The notes under the pieces were generated by a model that searched no databases, was not told the DNA's origin, and saw nothing but the letters and a program-made list of their open reading frames with translations. The position numbers and the translations under genes are program-made. Positions 48,810 to 62,700 of a stretch of 64,000 bases of DNA are shown here, piece by piece. The stretch covers positions 29,080,001 through 29,144,000 of the forward strand of contig CM119371.1 in NCBI GenBank assembly GCA_051294905.1. The letters are read 5' to 3'. Position 1 is the first letter of the stretch, and every line of letters begins with the position of its first letter. The stretch is from Botryllus schlosseri. Taxonomy: Eukaryota.

Positions 48810-49700
48810 TAGTCATTCTTCAGAAACCCTGGCGACTTTTTTCGGCTCGGCCGACTTCGAAAAAAAGCGACGGCGCACCGCCTCGAGCGCATATCGTGCT
48901 CTGAGCGTCGTTCGGTCTGGCCGTGAGGCCGACACGTCCGAGTCAGTTTTTCGGACAGTGATCGATTTCGAGAAAACAATTTGCGAAAAAAAAATGGCCC
49001 CGACGAGCCGTCGAAGCGACCCGTCGAGACCCCAACTGAAACCGTCACCTTCACCTTCACCGTCACCGATATCTCAAATCCGAACTATTGCGATAACGCA
49101 AAGTCGATGTCCGTAATGTGCTCCCCCACTACTCGCCTGGCAAAATCTCGAATTCTCGCGAGGAGTTCTCGCAAGCGGTTCCTGCAAGGCAAACGCAAGT
49201 CGTTTACGCATTTCGGAGTTATCCCTTCGCACTCAAAGCTCGTCGATGTGGAGCTGACTTCTCACGTAATCACGGTCGGACGCCTCTTCCTCGGCCGGAT
49301 CACTTCCGCTCGTACGCGGCATCCCACACTGGGAGCATACCCATTCGTGTTTGCATTTAGGATTAGCGCTCATTTTAATGCTGTAAACGCAAAGTCATAG
49401 CGTCATGCGAGGCTGAACGATATCATCGAGTCGAGGTGGAGGCCGGGTAATCAACCCGCTCATGCGGCCCCCCACCACTTTAGTCCTTTTTCAGAAACCC
49501 TGCTGACTTTATTCGGCTCGAACAAGTTCGAAAAAAGCGACGACACGCCGCCTCGAAGGGCTCAGACGCCCGACTCAAACATATCGTGCTTGGGACTCGC
49601 TCGGTCTGCCCTTCAGGCCGAGGCGCCCGGGCGACTTGTCGAACGGTCCGACCTCGAAAAAAAACTTGGCGAAAAAAAAAGACCCGATCGACCGCCGAAG
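48810..49700 (+). repeat. Diverged ~220-bp direct repeat pair (48810-49030 and 49481-49700)
   Basis: tagtc.tt.ttcagaaaccctg..gacttt.ttcggctcg...ttcgaaaaaagcgacg...cgcctcga...catatcgtgct is shared. Confidence 0.85.
49233..49373 (-). pseudogene. Small zinc-ribbon gene 2 (MSANPKCKHEWVCSQCG), probably prematurely stopped
   Basis: 46-codon ORF read manually; acceptor-like tttacag lies 7 nt before the ATG; the frame stays open after the TGA. Confidence 0.5.
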
Positions 49701-50050
49701 CCGAATAATGTCAGTTTGTGGAAGTCGGCCTTATACACGGCCGACCCGACGTTGTGCCCTTCTGCAATTTTATCAGCGTGCATTTTCCTCCAATGCGTGG
49801 ATATGTAGGACGTCCAAACGGAAGATGAACACAGCCCGCACCACGACCTTGCGTGCTTTTATGTAGGTGCAGACTCGGTATCGCGGACATATCGCACAGA
49901 CCTTAACAAGAAACCACCTTTACGGACGTTACCATTGCTTGCATAATGACATCTGTAAAATAACTTTAGTTTGTCCTCTGTGGACGGCTGCCATATGTCG
50001 CAGTCTGTATGATTTCGTTTCCACTTCGCATATGTGACATGTGTCATGCC

Positions 50051-51170
50051 CAGGCCTGTTTATTTTTGGATATTGGGTTTTATTTTTGGAGATTCTCCAA
50101 AAATAAGATTTGAAAACATCCAAAAATAAGATTTTTTTGGATGATGTTTTTCAGTGAAATATACAAGTCAGAGCGATGTAAACGACCAGAAAACTCATAA
50201 AACACACAAAACAGCACCTATGTGAGTGAAGGGGGTCACCGAAACGCTAGAACTACTTCCACTCAATCCACTTCACTTCGTCCACACGATGACGGGACTC
50301 ATCTGCTGATGCTTCAGACGGCAACACAACTTGATCCAGAGTAGATGGAAAGCGTGTGACCCAAGTTTGTTGACGCTCGTTTATTGTCAATGAAGAGGGT
50401 GGCCTCTTGGTTGACTGGAAACCGTACCAAACTCCTTGATGTTATGGACGAAAACAGTCCGACGTGTGCAACTTCGCTGCTGTGGTGGATCCATCTGATC
50501 GTTCTCGATCGCATGGTCACGCTCGCACATAGCTGAGCACCACCGTCACGAAGCTTCATGGTCTTGATGTTCTGATCATGGAGCAGCAGGAGCTCATGCG
50601 CCTGGTCAAACGCCTGTGTCCAGGTGGGGACTGGGACGAGGACCGCTACAAGGAAGGTTTTCTGGTCAGAGGGTGTTGGGATGTCAAGTTCAATGAGGCA
50701 CGCAACTTCGTGGAGGATCAGAGGTTTCAAGCGCATTACTGACGAGCGCTTTTCAGGAGCAAAGGCTTGGAAGATTGGAAAGTTTGAAGAGTTAGACATT
50801 CCTCTATTTTTGGACCCCTAACCTCGATGTTTCCCACAATTGCGACGTTCGAGGCCGATATCTCGAAAATCAATGGGGGGGGGGGGCGTCTCGCAGTGAT
50901 TAATATTCTCTAGACGGCATCCTCCAGGCCAAAGACTAAATTTGTGAAGAATGTATTGGAAAGTTAGATCAAGATCACTGATGATATCTATGTGTTGGAG
51001 GACTTGAAAACATGATAATAACATACTTTTGGTTGATTTTTTCAGTAGTAATAGGGCTCAAAACACCTTCAATTCTTATTTTTGGAGATCCTCCAAAAAT
51101 AAAATTTGAAAACATCCAAAAATAAGCTATTTTTGTTATTTTTGGAGAAATCCAAAAATAAACAGGCCTG
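50051..51170 (+). mobile_element. hAT element with transposase relic, specific to copy B
   Basis: Perfect 21-bp TIRs caggcctgtttatttttggat; TSD gtcatgcc; single gtcatgcc at the empty A site ~7207; plus strand 50345-50740 reads ESV*PKFVDARLLSMKRVASWLTGNRTKL...WWIHLIVLD...KLHGLDVLIMEQQE. Confidence 0.92.
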
Positions 51171-52471
51171 GTCATGCCTGATCCGCTTATTAGGAGGTTC
51201 TTTAACTCTGCGGGAACAAATATATCGATTGACTTATGTATGCTGCCTCTAGAGTCGTCTGTTTTTCATTGATGAATTCACATTTGATTGGTCGAACGAT
51301 CTCGAAAACCATATGTATACACTACATCAAAATTGGTATTTGTATTTGTCTCATAACGTCCTTACTTGACGACGTCTACACCCTTTTCCAATTCCGTCTT
51401 GCTCGAACCGCCTTCCGCCTTCTCATTGTCTTTACTCCTGAAATATATCAAACGATGCTTCAGTACTGTATGCAATATGATATGCCTTTACACGACGTCA
51501 TGAGTTGCACCACATCCTTCATTTACAGTTATAAGTTTCGTGCGTTGCATACTCGAATGTTAAGTGCAGTATCTGCCATTAGGTTGGACCTTGTCACAGA
51601 GCATGTGCTGTACGAATGGAAGCTTCTGATCATTTCCGATATGAATACCTATGTCGTGAGGTAAGATGCAACGCGAAGCAAAGTAGGCTCGCGCCTAAAA
51701 GATGTCACTTGACATCTGGATAGAAATGTCAAACAACAAGGCACGGAAATTGTTCAGTTCAATCATACTCGGAGTTCGATATACCCAATACTGCGAGCCG
51801 CTCCATATTATCACATTTATTAAGGAGATGCGTTTATGCAAATGACATGACGTTACGGGTGGCTAACATGACGTTACGGGTGGCGATGTGTCTCAATGGC
51901 TAAAACCAAATATGTACTTACGGACGACTTCCCTCGGGCGAAAGCGCGAACGATTCGTGTCTGTTTAATAAAAACGAGTGGATGAGATATGCTTTGCAAC
52001 GCTCGATAGCGTTGAACTTATACGGACACGAATGTCACTTACCCACTGTCGCTTTCACACTCTGAATCCATTGAATAATATTGTGTCCGAACGAGCAGCC
52101 TCTCCATGAGTCGACATGAACGAGTGACGATTGATTCGCGCAACTGTTGGAAGTCGTGGACGTGATTGCAATCGCCTTGTCGCCAATAATAATACTTTCT
52201 CGGTTCGATTGATTACTGATCGTTACAGAGCATGGAGCTATCGTAACATGTCCACCATTAAAACTGTCGATCATGTCCGCTGTCCATGAGTAACTTGTTA
52301 TATTACGATAAGATGTGATACGTACGTTGACTCGTTGACTATGCAGTTCTCGATCGCAATGTCGGCTCATGTCATATGATACTCGCATGTGTTCATAATG
52401 GATGGTTGTCGCAGTAATGGTTGTCGCAGTAGGTATCCACGCACCGCAATATGTTTGTGTAGGGTTATAAT

Positions 52472-53357
52472 TAGGGCAATTTTTTTGACCTAAAAAACGA
52501 AAGATTTTGACCTAAAAAATCTAAATTTTGACCTTTTTTTACCTAAAAAACTTGAAATTTGACGAAATTTTGACCTCACGTATGCAAATTAGGTGTTTTC
52601 GCATATAATGTTAAAATTGTCCTACTTATCTTCATTTCTGGTTGGAACTGTCTGTCCTTACAAAGTAGATTGGCCTGAAAAAACGTAGATTGGCCTGAAA
52701 AAACGTTTTTGGCTCAAAAACTGACAGATTTTTACATGAAAAACTAGTATTTCAACGAAATCTGGCCCTATGAAGAATTCCAGTAGTTACATTACGTATT
52801 CTGGTGGAAATAATTAAATTTTGTTGTAGTGCAACGAAAGATCCTTTCCTACATTCTCGGGTAGAAAGTGTCTGTCCTTACTACGTAGCTTGCCAAGAAC
52901 GGAGAAAGAACGTTCAACAGCAGCATTTGTTGGCTGACAACACTCAAGTTGTGTGCACACTGCTGGTGACAAACCGTGTTGCTTCATTCTGACAATGTTG
53001 TCTATATCACAATTTTTCAGCTTGCGCTTCTTGATATAAGAACCATGCAATGTCCAAGCAGTCTTGCTTCAGCTAGGATATTGCGGTACGTTGACCATAA
53101 ACCATGTCACTATTTCTTTCATTTGACCATTTATGATTCACAATGAGCAGGCGATGGTCCGTTTACAACGGTAGGCCTATAAAGTAGGCTACAAGCTGTA
53201 AAATATCAAATGATAAGTTCACCGACAGCGCAAAATCTACGATACAAACGAAATGCAGAGGTCAAAAAATATTTGACTTTGTAAACAATTTTGACAAATT
53301 TTGACCTAACGCTACAATTTTGACCTAATTTTGACATGTCAAAAAAAAAATGCCCTA
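52472..53357 (-). mobile_element. Internally deleted hAT transposon
   Basis: Ends tagggca / tgcccta; TSD gttataat on both sides; ORF 52814-53050 carries CQPTNAAVERSFSVLGKLRSKDRHF. Confidence 0.93.
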
Positions 53358-53473
53358 GTTATAATGCTAAGTGTACTCTAACGCCGTACAGTTGATCGAA
53401 TATCTACTATGAGCGACATCCATGATCGCGTTGGTATTACTAGGTGTCGCTGTCCTGAGACGCGTACCCTTAC

Positions 53474-54306
53474 CAGAGATGAGCATGGATTAGGATTAGG
53501 TTTTGAAAAAACAGGATTTGTGAAATTTTGTCGGATTTGGATTAGACATTTTTTTCAGGACGGATTAGGATTTGGATTGGATTTACATATTTTCTGGGAG
53601 ATTGAAATGTCGTGTGGCGAATGGCGACAAACTTTATTCAGATCAATTATTAATGTACTTATGGTTACTAAGTTATCTTGAATCAAGCGAATTGTTGGTT
53701 GTGAAAGAAAATTTTCGAATCCCTCCATTGCATAAATTAGTATTTATTCTGAATTTCCAGTTGGAATCGGATTAGGATTGGACATGGACTTGAATATGAA
53801 AAAGTTATGGATTAGGATTAGGATTTGAAGGTTCGGATTTGGATTGGATTAGGACATGGAAATTTCAAATCCGCTCATCTCTGACCCTTACCAGAGATGA
53901 GCATGGATTAGGATTAGGTTTTAAAAAAACAGGATTTGTGAAATTTTGTCGGATTTGGATTAGACATTTTTTCAGAACGGATTAGGATTTGGATTGGATT
54001 TACCTATTTTCGTGGAGATTAAAATGTCGTGTGGCGAATGGCGACAAACTTTATTCATATCAGTTATTAATGTACTTATGGTTACTAAGTTATCTTGAAT
54101 CAAGTGAATCGTTGGTTGTGAAAGAAAATTTTCGAATCCCTCTGTTGCATAAATTAGTATTTTTTCTGAATTTCCAGTTGGAATCGGGTTATGATTGGAC
54201 ATGGACTTGAATATGAAAAAGTTATGGATTAGGATTTGGATTTGGATTTGAAGGTTCGGATTTGGATTGGATTAGAACATAGAAATTTCAAATCCGCTCA
54301 TCTCTG
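53474..54306. mobile_element. Head-to-tail dimer of a ~410-bp hAT MITE
   Basis: Units 53474-53883 and 53892-54306; TIRs cagagatgagc / gctcatctctg; acccttac occurs left, middle and right; GGATT subterminal repeats. Confidence 0.95.
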
Positions 54307-56949
54307 ACCCTTACAGGCTGAATCGTCCGTCACTCGGTCACTGGTCCTATCTCGGCTGTTAGCTGTTAGATGTGATGTGAATAACAGTTTCGAAGGGGTC
54401 GTCGGGATTGGTTGTGATTACTGCACTGGCTGATGCATGTAAGTACTTGGACATCAGTTGATTACTTTACATATATTGTTCATTCTGTTTCCGTTATTTG
54501 CATATTGTCATTGCCGTTATACTGAATATTACTTGACTCTATCACTGACGCGTTATGTCATCCACTACCTAATCACACGGTTACTGATTTGATAGCGGCT
54601 CATGTCGTACATTTCATATAACACTTTAATGTATCGGTGAAATAACATGTCGGTGTGTACGCACTGCGATGATTCTTTCATTTGGAGTAACTGCATCTAA
54701 ATGAGGGGTTATGATTCCATTCTTGCGTAACTGCCGTCTGCTTCATGAATATATCACTTTCATTGTATGAGCACTGCCGATACAATTTGCAATGCATTCA
54801 TCAAACCTTGCATGCGTGACGTGTGTGAACATGAACATGCTATGCAACCCCAACGCCATTTTCGTTTCTGCTGCCAATAGCTTCTCCGTGTCTAACATAA
54901 TGGTATTTACACATAAACGTCTGTGCAACGTCGCCCCTGCTCAACTCTGGACCAGCAATGTATTGTCATGTTGTTTGTATCCATTTTCGCCATTCAGCAT
55001 TGTGTTGTTGCTTGGCTATCATGCTTTGCAGTACATATGGATGCTATCGTCGGTCGGCGTCATCAACTTCTATACACCAGTACGAACTACCTGATGGACA
55101 ATTTCAATTGCTTGGGACCGCGTCATGCCATTCCGAAATCTCCCATTAACCCACTTACCGGAGCCGTAGCAGGTATTGTGTTCCTTATCTTCATATGCGC
55201 GTTAATCGGGCAGAGGTACGAATTGCTAGTCAATGACGAAGAATTAACTGTGATATGTCCCTGTCATATGAACATTGTCACACATGTTTCAAGTGTCATC
55301 CCACAGAAGAATAGAAATTGCTTTTTCTAACGCAGGACAAGAACCAGCATCATATTTCTACTGCGTCTATCACGATGCAAGAGTTTCAGAGTTCAAATAA
55401 CCGCCGACGATGTAACCTTCCTGACGTCGCTTTATCGATTTGATTTGATGCTTAACCACCTATTTGTACAACATATTGATAGTTCTGATATATTTTTCAT
55501 TACGATTTTCTTGCCACACGGTTGGTCACATCACTCATTGTATGCACGTTTCACATTGGTTCATTATGTTTTTTTTTTGTATTTGTTACGGTTCATTATG
55601 TTTTTTTTTGTATTTGTTACTCTTCGCCTAACGTGTACGAAACATAACTCGCATGCAGTTCTGACATGTTATTCACATCAGACTCAAACACGTCAATATG
55701 AATAGTAACTGTCACCACGTTCTACGACAGCGCATGTGCCATGGACGTACTTGCTCCTCGACCCATCTGTGGACTCGCACAGATATTGACGTACGTGTGA
55801 TTTCGATTCGACTCTGCATATGTGGCACGTGTCCTGCCTTATTATATTTATACCGCTATATCTGTTTCATTTGTTTTATAATTGTTCTTGGTGATTCTTT
55901 TGGTATGCACACTATGTTTATTCGAATATAAATACATTTTCAGAACATACATGTTGTGATTATGTTGACCGCACGTGATCAAGTAGGTCACGTAAATGTT
56001 GTGGTGATACGTTCCAAGTGAGAGGGCCCGAGCAATCGAGATATCAATTAGTTTGATGAGATGGTCGTGGACAATGAAACTATGCTTGCCATTGTTACAA
56101 CGAGCATATCCGTCTTGTATGCATTCGAATCGATGGCCTTTTTGCCTGGTATATCAGGTGAGCAGCGACACTCTTTCAAGTTATAATGGTATATAATCTG
56201 AGCACAGGCACACATTCGAAACAGGCACATAGGGCTCTATAGATAGGCCCTGTGGATATATACAGTTCACGTAGTTGAAACGTATTTATTATATGTATGA
56301 AACGAAGGTTGCCAATAATATTGGTGAACAGCAAATAACTTATATATTAATAGCTGCGCATGCGCAAACCCCATGTTATCTGTCCATTATACGACATTAT
56401 AGCTAAATAAAGTGAACTTCAATCGTGATCACAATGTCATATCTTTACAACAGGGCGTATAGTTGGAGATCTCTTGCAACTTTCCGCGATTGTTGTTCCT
56501 GTGACTGTCGTGCCGGTATTAGTCTTTTGTGCATCTGACGTTGATCGTATTACCAACGTTACGGGATGATTCTACCTGAATGGTATGGTTGAGAGCCTCA
56601 AGAGTGACAGCAGTTCATTGCAAAAAGGTGTTGATTGCTATATCTATGAGTCAATTTATGTAGTTGTGTCTGACGTGTTATACAAAACGAATGTAATGAC
56701 GTATCCTACACAATTGCACATAATCTGTTATATATCCCGATGTCCGCCCTATTCGAATGCCCCTTTCAGTGGTATGTATTACATTCAGAAATTAAATTAC
56801 CATAACGGTCGCGCAACTCGTGTACTATAGAAAGATGCAGACCTTTCATGATAATGTATTGCTTGACCCAGGTGTGTTGGCAATAGGTACACGTACGAAT
56901 GGCTTTTATTGTCATATGTTGGCATATGCAATACTAATAAAACATACGT

Positions 56950-57540
56950 AGTCGGACGCACCGATCGATGTGTGACCATGACCACGTTTAACACGGTATC
57001 ATGTGGGTGTGTCGTTATAATGTTCGCCATTGCATGGAGACAATCGTTATATTCACGGACAACATTCAGCATTGGATGAAGGCATATAGTATCACCTTTT
57101 GAGTGAACGATTTGACTGAATCAAGTCCACAACTAATTGATCACTTATGTTATCCCACATGCGAGCTAGTACTGGTTTACGTCCGGTTCTGAGTTCACTT
57201 GACGACTGAATTCCATAATAACAATTTGCGTTATGCAAGCATTTTTGTTCCATCCCTTATAATACTCTATATTTTGAACGGACGGTACCAGTTAGTGGTG
57301 ATTACCCCAGTTGACGTTGCATTTCTTTGTTAAGATCCGTGAGAGTCGACTGACTGGCACCGTGAACATCTCTGTTTGATTGTTGCCATTATTCTGATGT
57401 TCGTTCTACACGAACAACTGGTTTCGTTAACTTTTTATATCCGGTTACTTGTCGACATAACGAGTTGTCCATCGCTACATGCATCCTGTGACAGACTTGT
57501 TGAGATGCGTTCTGCATTGGAGACCGTGCGATTTTGCTGC
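56950..57540 (-). pseudogene. SF3-helicase-like relic, type 1, duplicate
   Basis: Paralog of 14270-14870, including GVITTN. Confidence 0.6.
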
Positions 57541-57923
57541 AACCGTGCATATGTCACACGTGTCCTGTTTCATTATGTTTATTCTGTTATGTCTGTTTTG
57601 TGTGATTTTTATTTGTTGATGAGTATTCCTTTGTGTGCATGTATTTTGGTTGCTATTTCATGTTATATTATCACAAAATATGTTCAGTTGAATTTATGCA
57701 CTATTGCGGTCAATATATTTTCGTTTCTCATAATATTCATGTTGTCCTTCTGCTGGTCTTCACATTCAATGGGAATGCTAGCATCGTGACGGTCAGACCT
57801 CGGAATTGCCGACGTAGAAAATGTGCGTCTCCGTCCATCAGTAACATGCGAGTAGTCGTCTATTTATGGGGAGTTATGACCAGACACATATAAACATAAC
57901 TCAGTATGCGTCTGTATTGTAAT

Positions 57924-59280
57924 GAGAGAGAGAGTCTTTATTTTCGTCGAACCAAAATACATAACAAACGGCAGTGATGGTGGTACAGAAAATGTGTGCA
58001 CAGTATTAGATAGGAATGATCGATAAGACCGAGAAGGTCATCTAGTCTGATCACACCATCATCAAACAGGTACACTTGACTCTGAACAGTCTGGCTGCAA
58101 AAAATGTTAAGTTAAAGGAAAATAAAAAGAAAATCAAACAATGGTAGCAAATGATCAATGAAGCAGTGTCTAGGTTAGGTAGGGCAACAATATGAATGTA
58201 ACGACTAGAGATGAACTATTATAAGGCAATCCCTAAAATCTATTATAAGGCAATCCCTAAAATCTATTATAAGGCAATTCACGCATATGTGGTGGTAATG
58301 CATTCGCGATGATAGGTCTCGATTAGTCGATATATCTCTTAGTTAAGTTGCTATTGGGTGGGGGTAAGTAGATGTTTCCTTTAGACGAGGATATCGTGTA
58401 ATGGGAATGGACATGTTTAGCAGGTATAAAAGAGCCATCAAACACAGGAGGCAGACTATTGGAAACGCATTTGTGGACAACTTTTGATACTTTGAAGCGA
58501 TGTAATTAATCAACTCGCAAAATTCGATGCTTACGGTATTAAGGCGATAAATTGGTACGTGAAGGTACAGATGAGATCAGCCGTGTCGCACGGTTTTGCA
58601 GCGTTCGAATTTTGCACAAAAATGTTGTCACAGCATTTCCCCATACTACGATTCCATATTGCAGATGAGAGTGAAAAAGAGAGAATTAGGTGGTTCGTAG
58701 TACTGATCTGGAAACCAACGATTGGAGACGGGTCATTATTCCCACAATCCGAGCTAGTTTTGATATTGTGCATTCAATATGCTGCTTCCAATACAATTTT
58801 GAATCAATGGTGACGCCGAGATATTTTGCTGTGTCACATATTGAGATTTGTTTATGATTGAGATTTGTTTATGATTGATGTTCACAATGAAATTATGACT
58901 GGCATTTTTTAAAACGAGCATCTCGGTCTTATCTGCATTCAAACTTGAGGAGTCTGTTTGCTTGGATCCATCTCGACACTTTTGGGAGTTCCCTATTCAC
59001 AGATGCATGCAAACCATCGATAGTGTTAGAGGTTATGAAGAGGTCAGTATCATCAGCAAATAGCGTTGTGCGAAATAAAGATGCATTAACGCTGTCGTTA
59101 ATATACATGAGGAAAAAAGTCGGTCCAATGACTAAGCCTTGTGGCACTCCACAAGTTATATCTCTAGCAGTCGTTCTTAATGTCCCCAGTTTAACAAATT
59201 GTTTGCGGTTTGTCAGGTAGCATGCAAGTAGAGTTGCTGTAATACCCCTAATGCCATCCCCAAATTAGAATGAATATCTT
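57924..59280 (-). mobile_element. CR1/L2-group LINE, duplicate
   Basis: Paralog of 15586-16890; identical PQGLVIGPTFFLMYIND / LFADDT translation. Confidence 0.9.
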
Positions 59281-59319
59281 TCCAATGGCATTTTGACATG
59301 AGGTGTACCGCGTGAGGTG

Positions 59320-59720
59320 TGTCGCGGTGACCGCTCCCATTTTCATGACGATGTAGAATCGTGTCAGCCACTTGATGAAGGATGTCACGACATGTATCCT
59401 TGGTACTTCATAAGACTTTCGTGACTTCAGTAAATCCATGAGCGTGAGGTATAAGGCTACACCACGAGTGCGTATACATCGTCCTCCCGGAACCAGCCAT
59501 CGGGATGACTCCTGTTCAGTGATAAACGGTAAGAATAAACATCCGAGATACGTTTTCGGGATAGTTGCATATCTGAATCCCCAGTCAAAGTTTATGCAAA
59601 TTCGATGGGTACATGCTTGCCGTACAATACACCCCAGCCCATCTGCTGACCAATCTTTGCGCATGACTTTCAAGGCGATATGATTTTTACTCGCGTTGCT
59701 TCGAGTGCCAGAGTCTCTTG
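59320..59720 (-). pseudogene. Pim-like kinase pseudogene, duplicate
   Basis: DSGTRSNASKNHIALKVMRKD (VAIK-type motif better preserved than in A); truncated just after HRD. Confidence 0.75.
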
Positions 59721-62700
59721 ACTAGACCGCAGCAACAGGCGGTCCGTGGATGCGAGCCAGTTGCGCAGCTACGTCGTCATCGTCAGACAGCCCGTCGCTG
59801 TCGCTCTCGGTGGTGTGCTAGAGCGCGTCAAGAGCATCCTACATACAAATGCATACGGGCCCGACCCAACATTTGATGTGCACGACTGGCCTTGGGTGTT
59901 CGACCCGATCGGCTCCTTTTAAAAATCAGAGTCCGAAGAGTCCGACGTCCAGATAGCAGTTCTGTAAGCGTCAATTGCCACTGTTACCGCGCTACCTACA
60001 ATTACCCACTTTCAAATATGAACTTATCACCGGTTGAAGTTGTAGCTTCCCAGGGTGGACGGTCGGCGTTTAGGAGGACGCTCATGTTTACTCATGCGGT
60101 ATTTACAGTTAACGCGAGGTCGGTCTCTGTTAGTCTATTACGTTCCGCGTAGTCCAGTACCGTGCTAGTTAGTGTTAAGGATGAGGGCTCTCTCGCTCGC
60201 TATTCATACTGTTTTACGGCTCTTGTGCCAGCATCAGCACACTATATCACCAAAATACACACCATGAAAATAAACGATAAAAACCCACCTCCATTAAAAT
60301 CACAGAAACACACACAGAATATTGTCAGTAAAAACAGCGGGACACTTGGACCGGTTAATCGCGTTTACTCTTCTTGGAAGAAGCCGGAGAATCGTCAGTT
60401 TTTTGTCTTTTCTTCTTGTTGTTTGCCTTCTTCGGAGTCATGAGGACTACCAGTCCCGAAGGAGTTTCCAGCGTATCCACGACGGCGGATACGGCTGGTC
60501 ATGCGATTGCATTTTTTTCTTGCTTGACTTTTCGGGAGTCGTATCGACGTCACTAGTCGAAGTAGTCGGAATTTCCGGCGTATCCTCGTCGGCAGATGTT
60601 CACGGTCTGTCATGCGTAAAGGTCTGCAATCTTTCTTTGATACATGCATTAATGAATAGCATTCACATTCGTTGGCAGTCCGTATGTACGTACCATTGTT
60701 ATAAGTTTGTAAGCTAAGTAGAATAAAATGGCTACTTTGCCCTAGTTGATATTTTGATTGGCTATCCGTAGGCAACTCTCCGTAAGATGTCTTTGGTACA
60801 TTGAATTTGAACTGTATCAATGATGCTGAGAACAGAATATATATTTAAAATGAGCTGGATATTTCTTTGTTATTGTGGCTCAACCGTTCACCAACACTAC
60901 GTATGATCTCCGCCAACTCCATTGCAGCAGCATCGCTTTCGCTCGACTCAGTGCGTTCTGAGCTCTATGGATAATAATTCCGTTCTTTTTCAATTTGTAC
61001 CTTTATTTTGCAATTCATACATGGGAATTCGTTGTCGCTTGTGATTGGCAGGACAACACTTTCATTTAGCTCCTCCGTTCTGTCCAGCTCTTCCGAGTCG
61101 ATACTCTCCTTTTGTCTTTTAGTTCCTGACCTCTTTACCTTCTATTAACTCCTTTTGGTTCCTTCTATTAACTCCTTTTGGTTCCTGATGTTGCTAACTG
61201 AATCCACGACCGCGCCCAGGCCTTCTCTCGTTCCACCTTGCTGACTTTGAAGGGGCGCTGCGCTCTAAAAATGATGTGGTCTCAAATTGATGGGCAAAAC
61301 GAACAAAAAATTTTGGCTGCAACCATTTCCTTCAGAATGCCACCGTAATGGAGCTGCAATTTTTTAAAATTTCCACAGGACTTTCACGCTCCAGCTGCTG
61401 CTTAACCCGTTACATGGCACGATGTCTTCATCGTTGCACTTGCTCGACGCGATGAGGCAGTCAGCGCGCAGAAGACGAACCTCAGGCATATATAGAATTC
61501 GTTCTCTGCGTGACTGTGATAGAGGAAGTAGCTGCCAATATTGAATGGCCCGTGATTGTATTTTTTCATACATTGATTCAAGTGTTTTGGATGATGACGC
61601 ATAATTGGAAGCTTATACCGATCTTTATGTTTTATCCTGTGATCGTTTTTGTATAACAATATCATTAGTCATTAAGACCACTAGTTTGTTGTATTTAATA
61701 ATAAGTAGGCGGCTTGCAATGCTTTTTCTGGTATCGTAACTGTATTTTTCTGAGAATAGGGCATAAAGCACAGTTTCTTCCACAATGTACCATGGACGCG
61801 TCCTCAACTTATTGTGAGCAGATTCAGCAGCATCTTTATCGGTAGTTGTGTAACCGCGTGTCTCGTGAATGTATCTCAGGCGCGTCACGTCCAGTGATGC
61901 AGTCCAGCGAAGCAGGAACATAGAATAAGCTTAGAAACAAGTTCATGCGTTCCAGTTGAGTAACGAAACTTGACGAGTATTGCATCTGATCAGCCAACAT
62001 GAACATATTCTGAGAATATTGAATAGTCCCCATCCATATGGCATGTGGTGCATTTGCTTAATAGGTATTATTCTTGCCATATTTCATATTTTGACAACCT
62101 CCTCAACGGTTTGAAGAGGACAATCCTGTGTTTCGGTAGTTTTAGGACATCTCTTGCAGATACAACAAATACTGTAGTACCTGGCGTGAGTAGGTAACTT
62201 TGAGTGAATAATACGCTCAGATGAAAATCCGAACAAATGATGAGCAGACTTCGATCTTGTTATTGGTGGGTCCAGCACAACCTTTTCCAACGTTTCAGAC
62301 ATTCTTCTTCAACCAAATTCTAGTCTACAATCAAATTGGATAACACGGTATCTTAAAGATACATATCTGACATTTATAGGACTGCATTTCAGTACACCTA
62401 TGATAACATTTCCCATCCCTACCCTATACAGCCGTTTTTAACTGATAACTTTGAACCAGTTACAGGGTCAACACTACAAAAAGAGATATGACATGTCTGT
62501 AGTAAGGAGAATTTACCCGTGGGGCTTTGCTGGCAAGAAAGATCGCGATGGAAATGACCAAAATCGCTTGTAAAAGTGTTTTGATGTACTAACCTATCAT
62601 TTGTAACTACGCAGAACAAGTTGCCAAAAATATGTCTAAATCTGAACAACCCTAATATAGTCAAAAGATGTATTAGCTTCGCAATGGCAGACACCGAAAT

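Noticed and set aside
50314..50799. 161-aa minus-strand ORF as a gene
   Set aside because: It is the antisense shadow of the plus-strand hAT transposase relic
54300..56900. Capsid gene of the virus-like element
   Set aside because: The position is suggestive, but the sequence is too decayed and no capsid motif could be read
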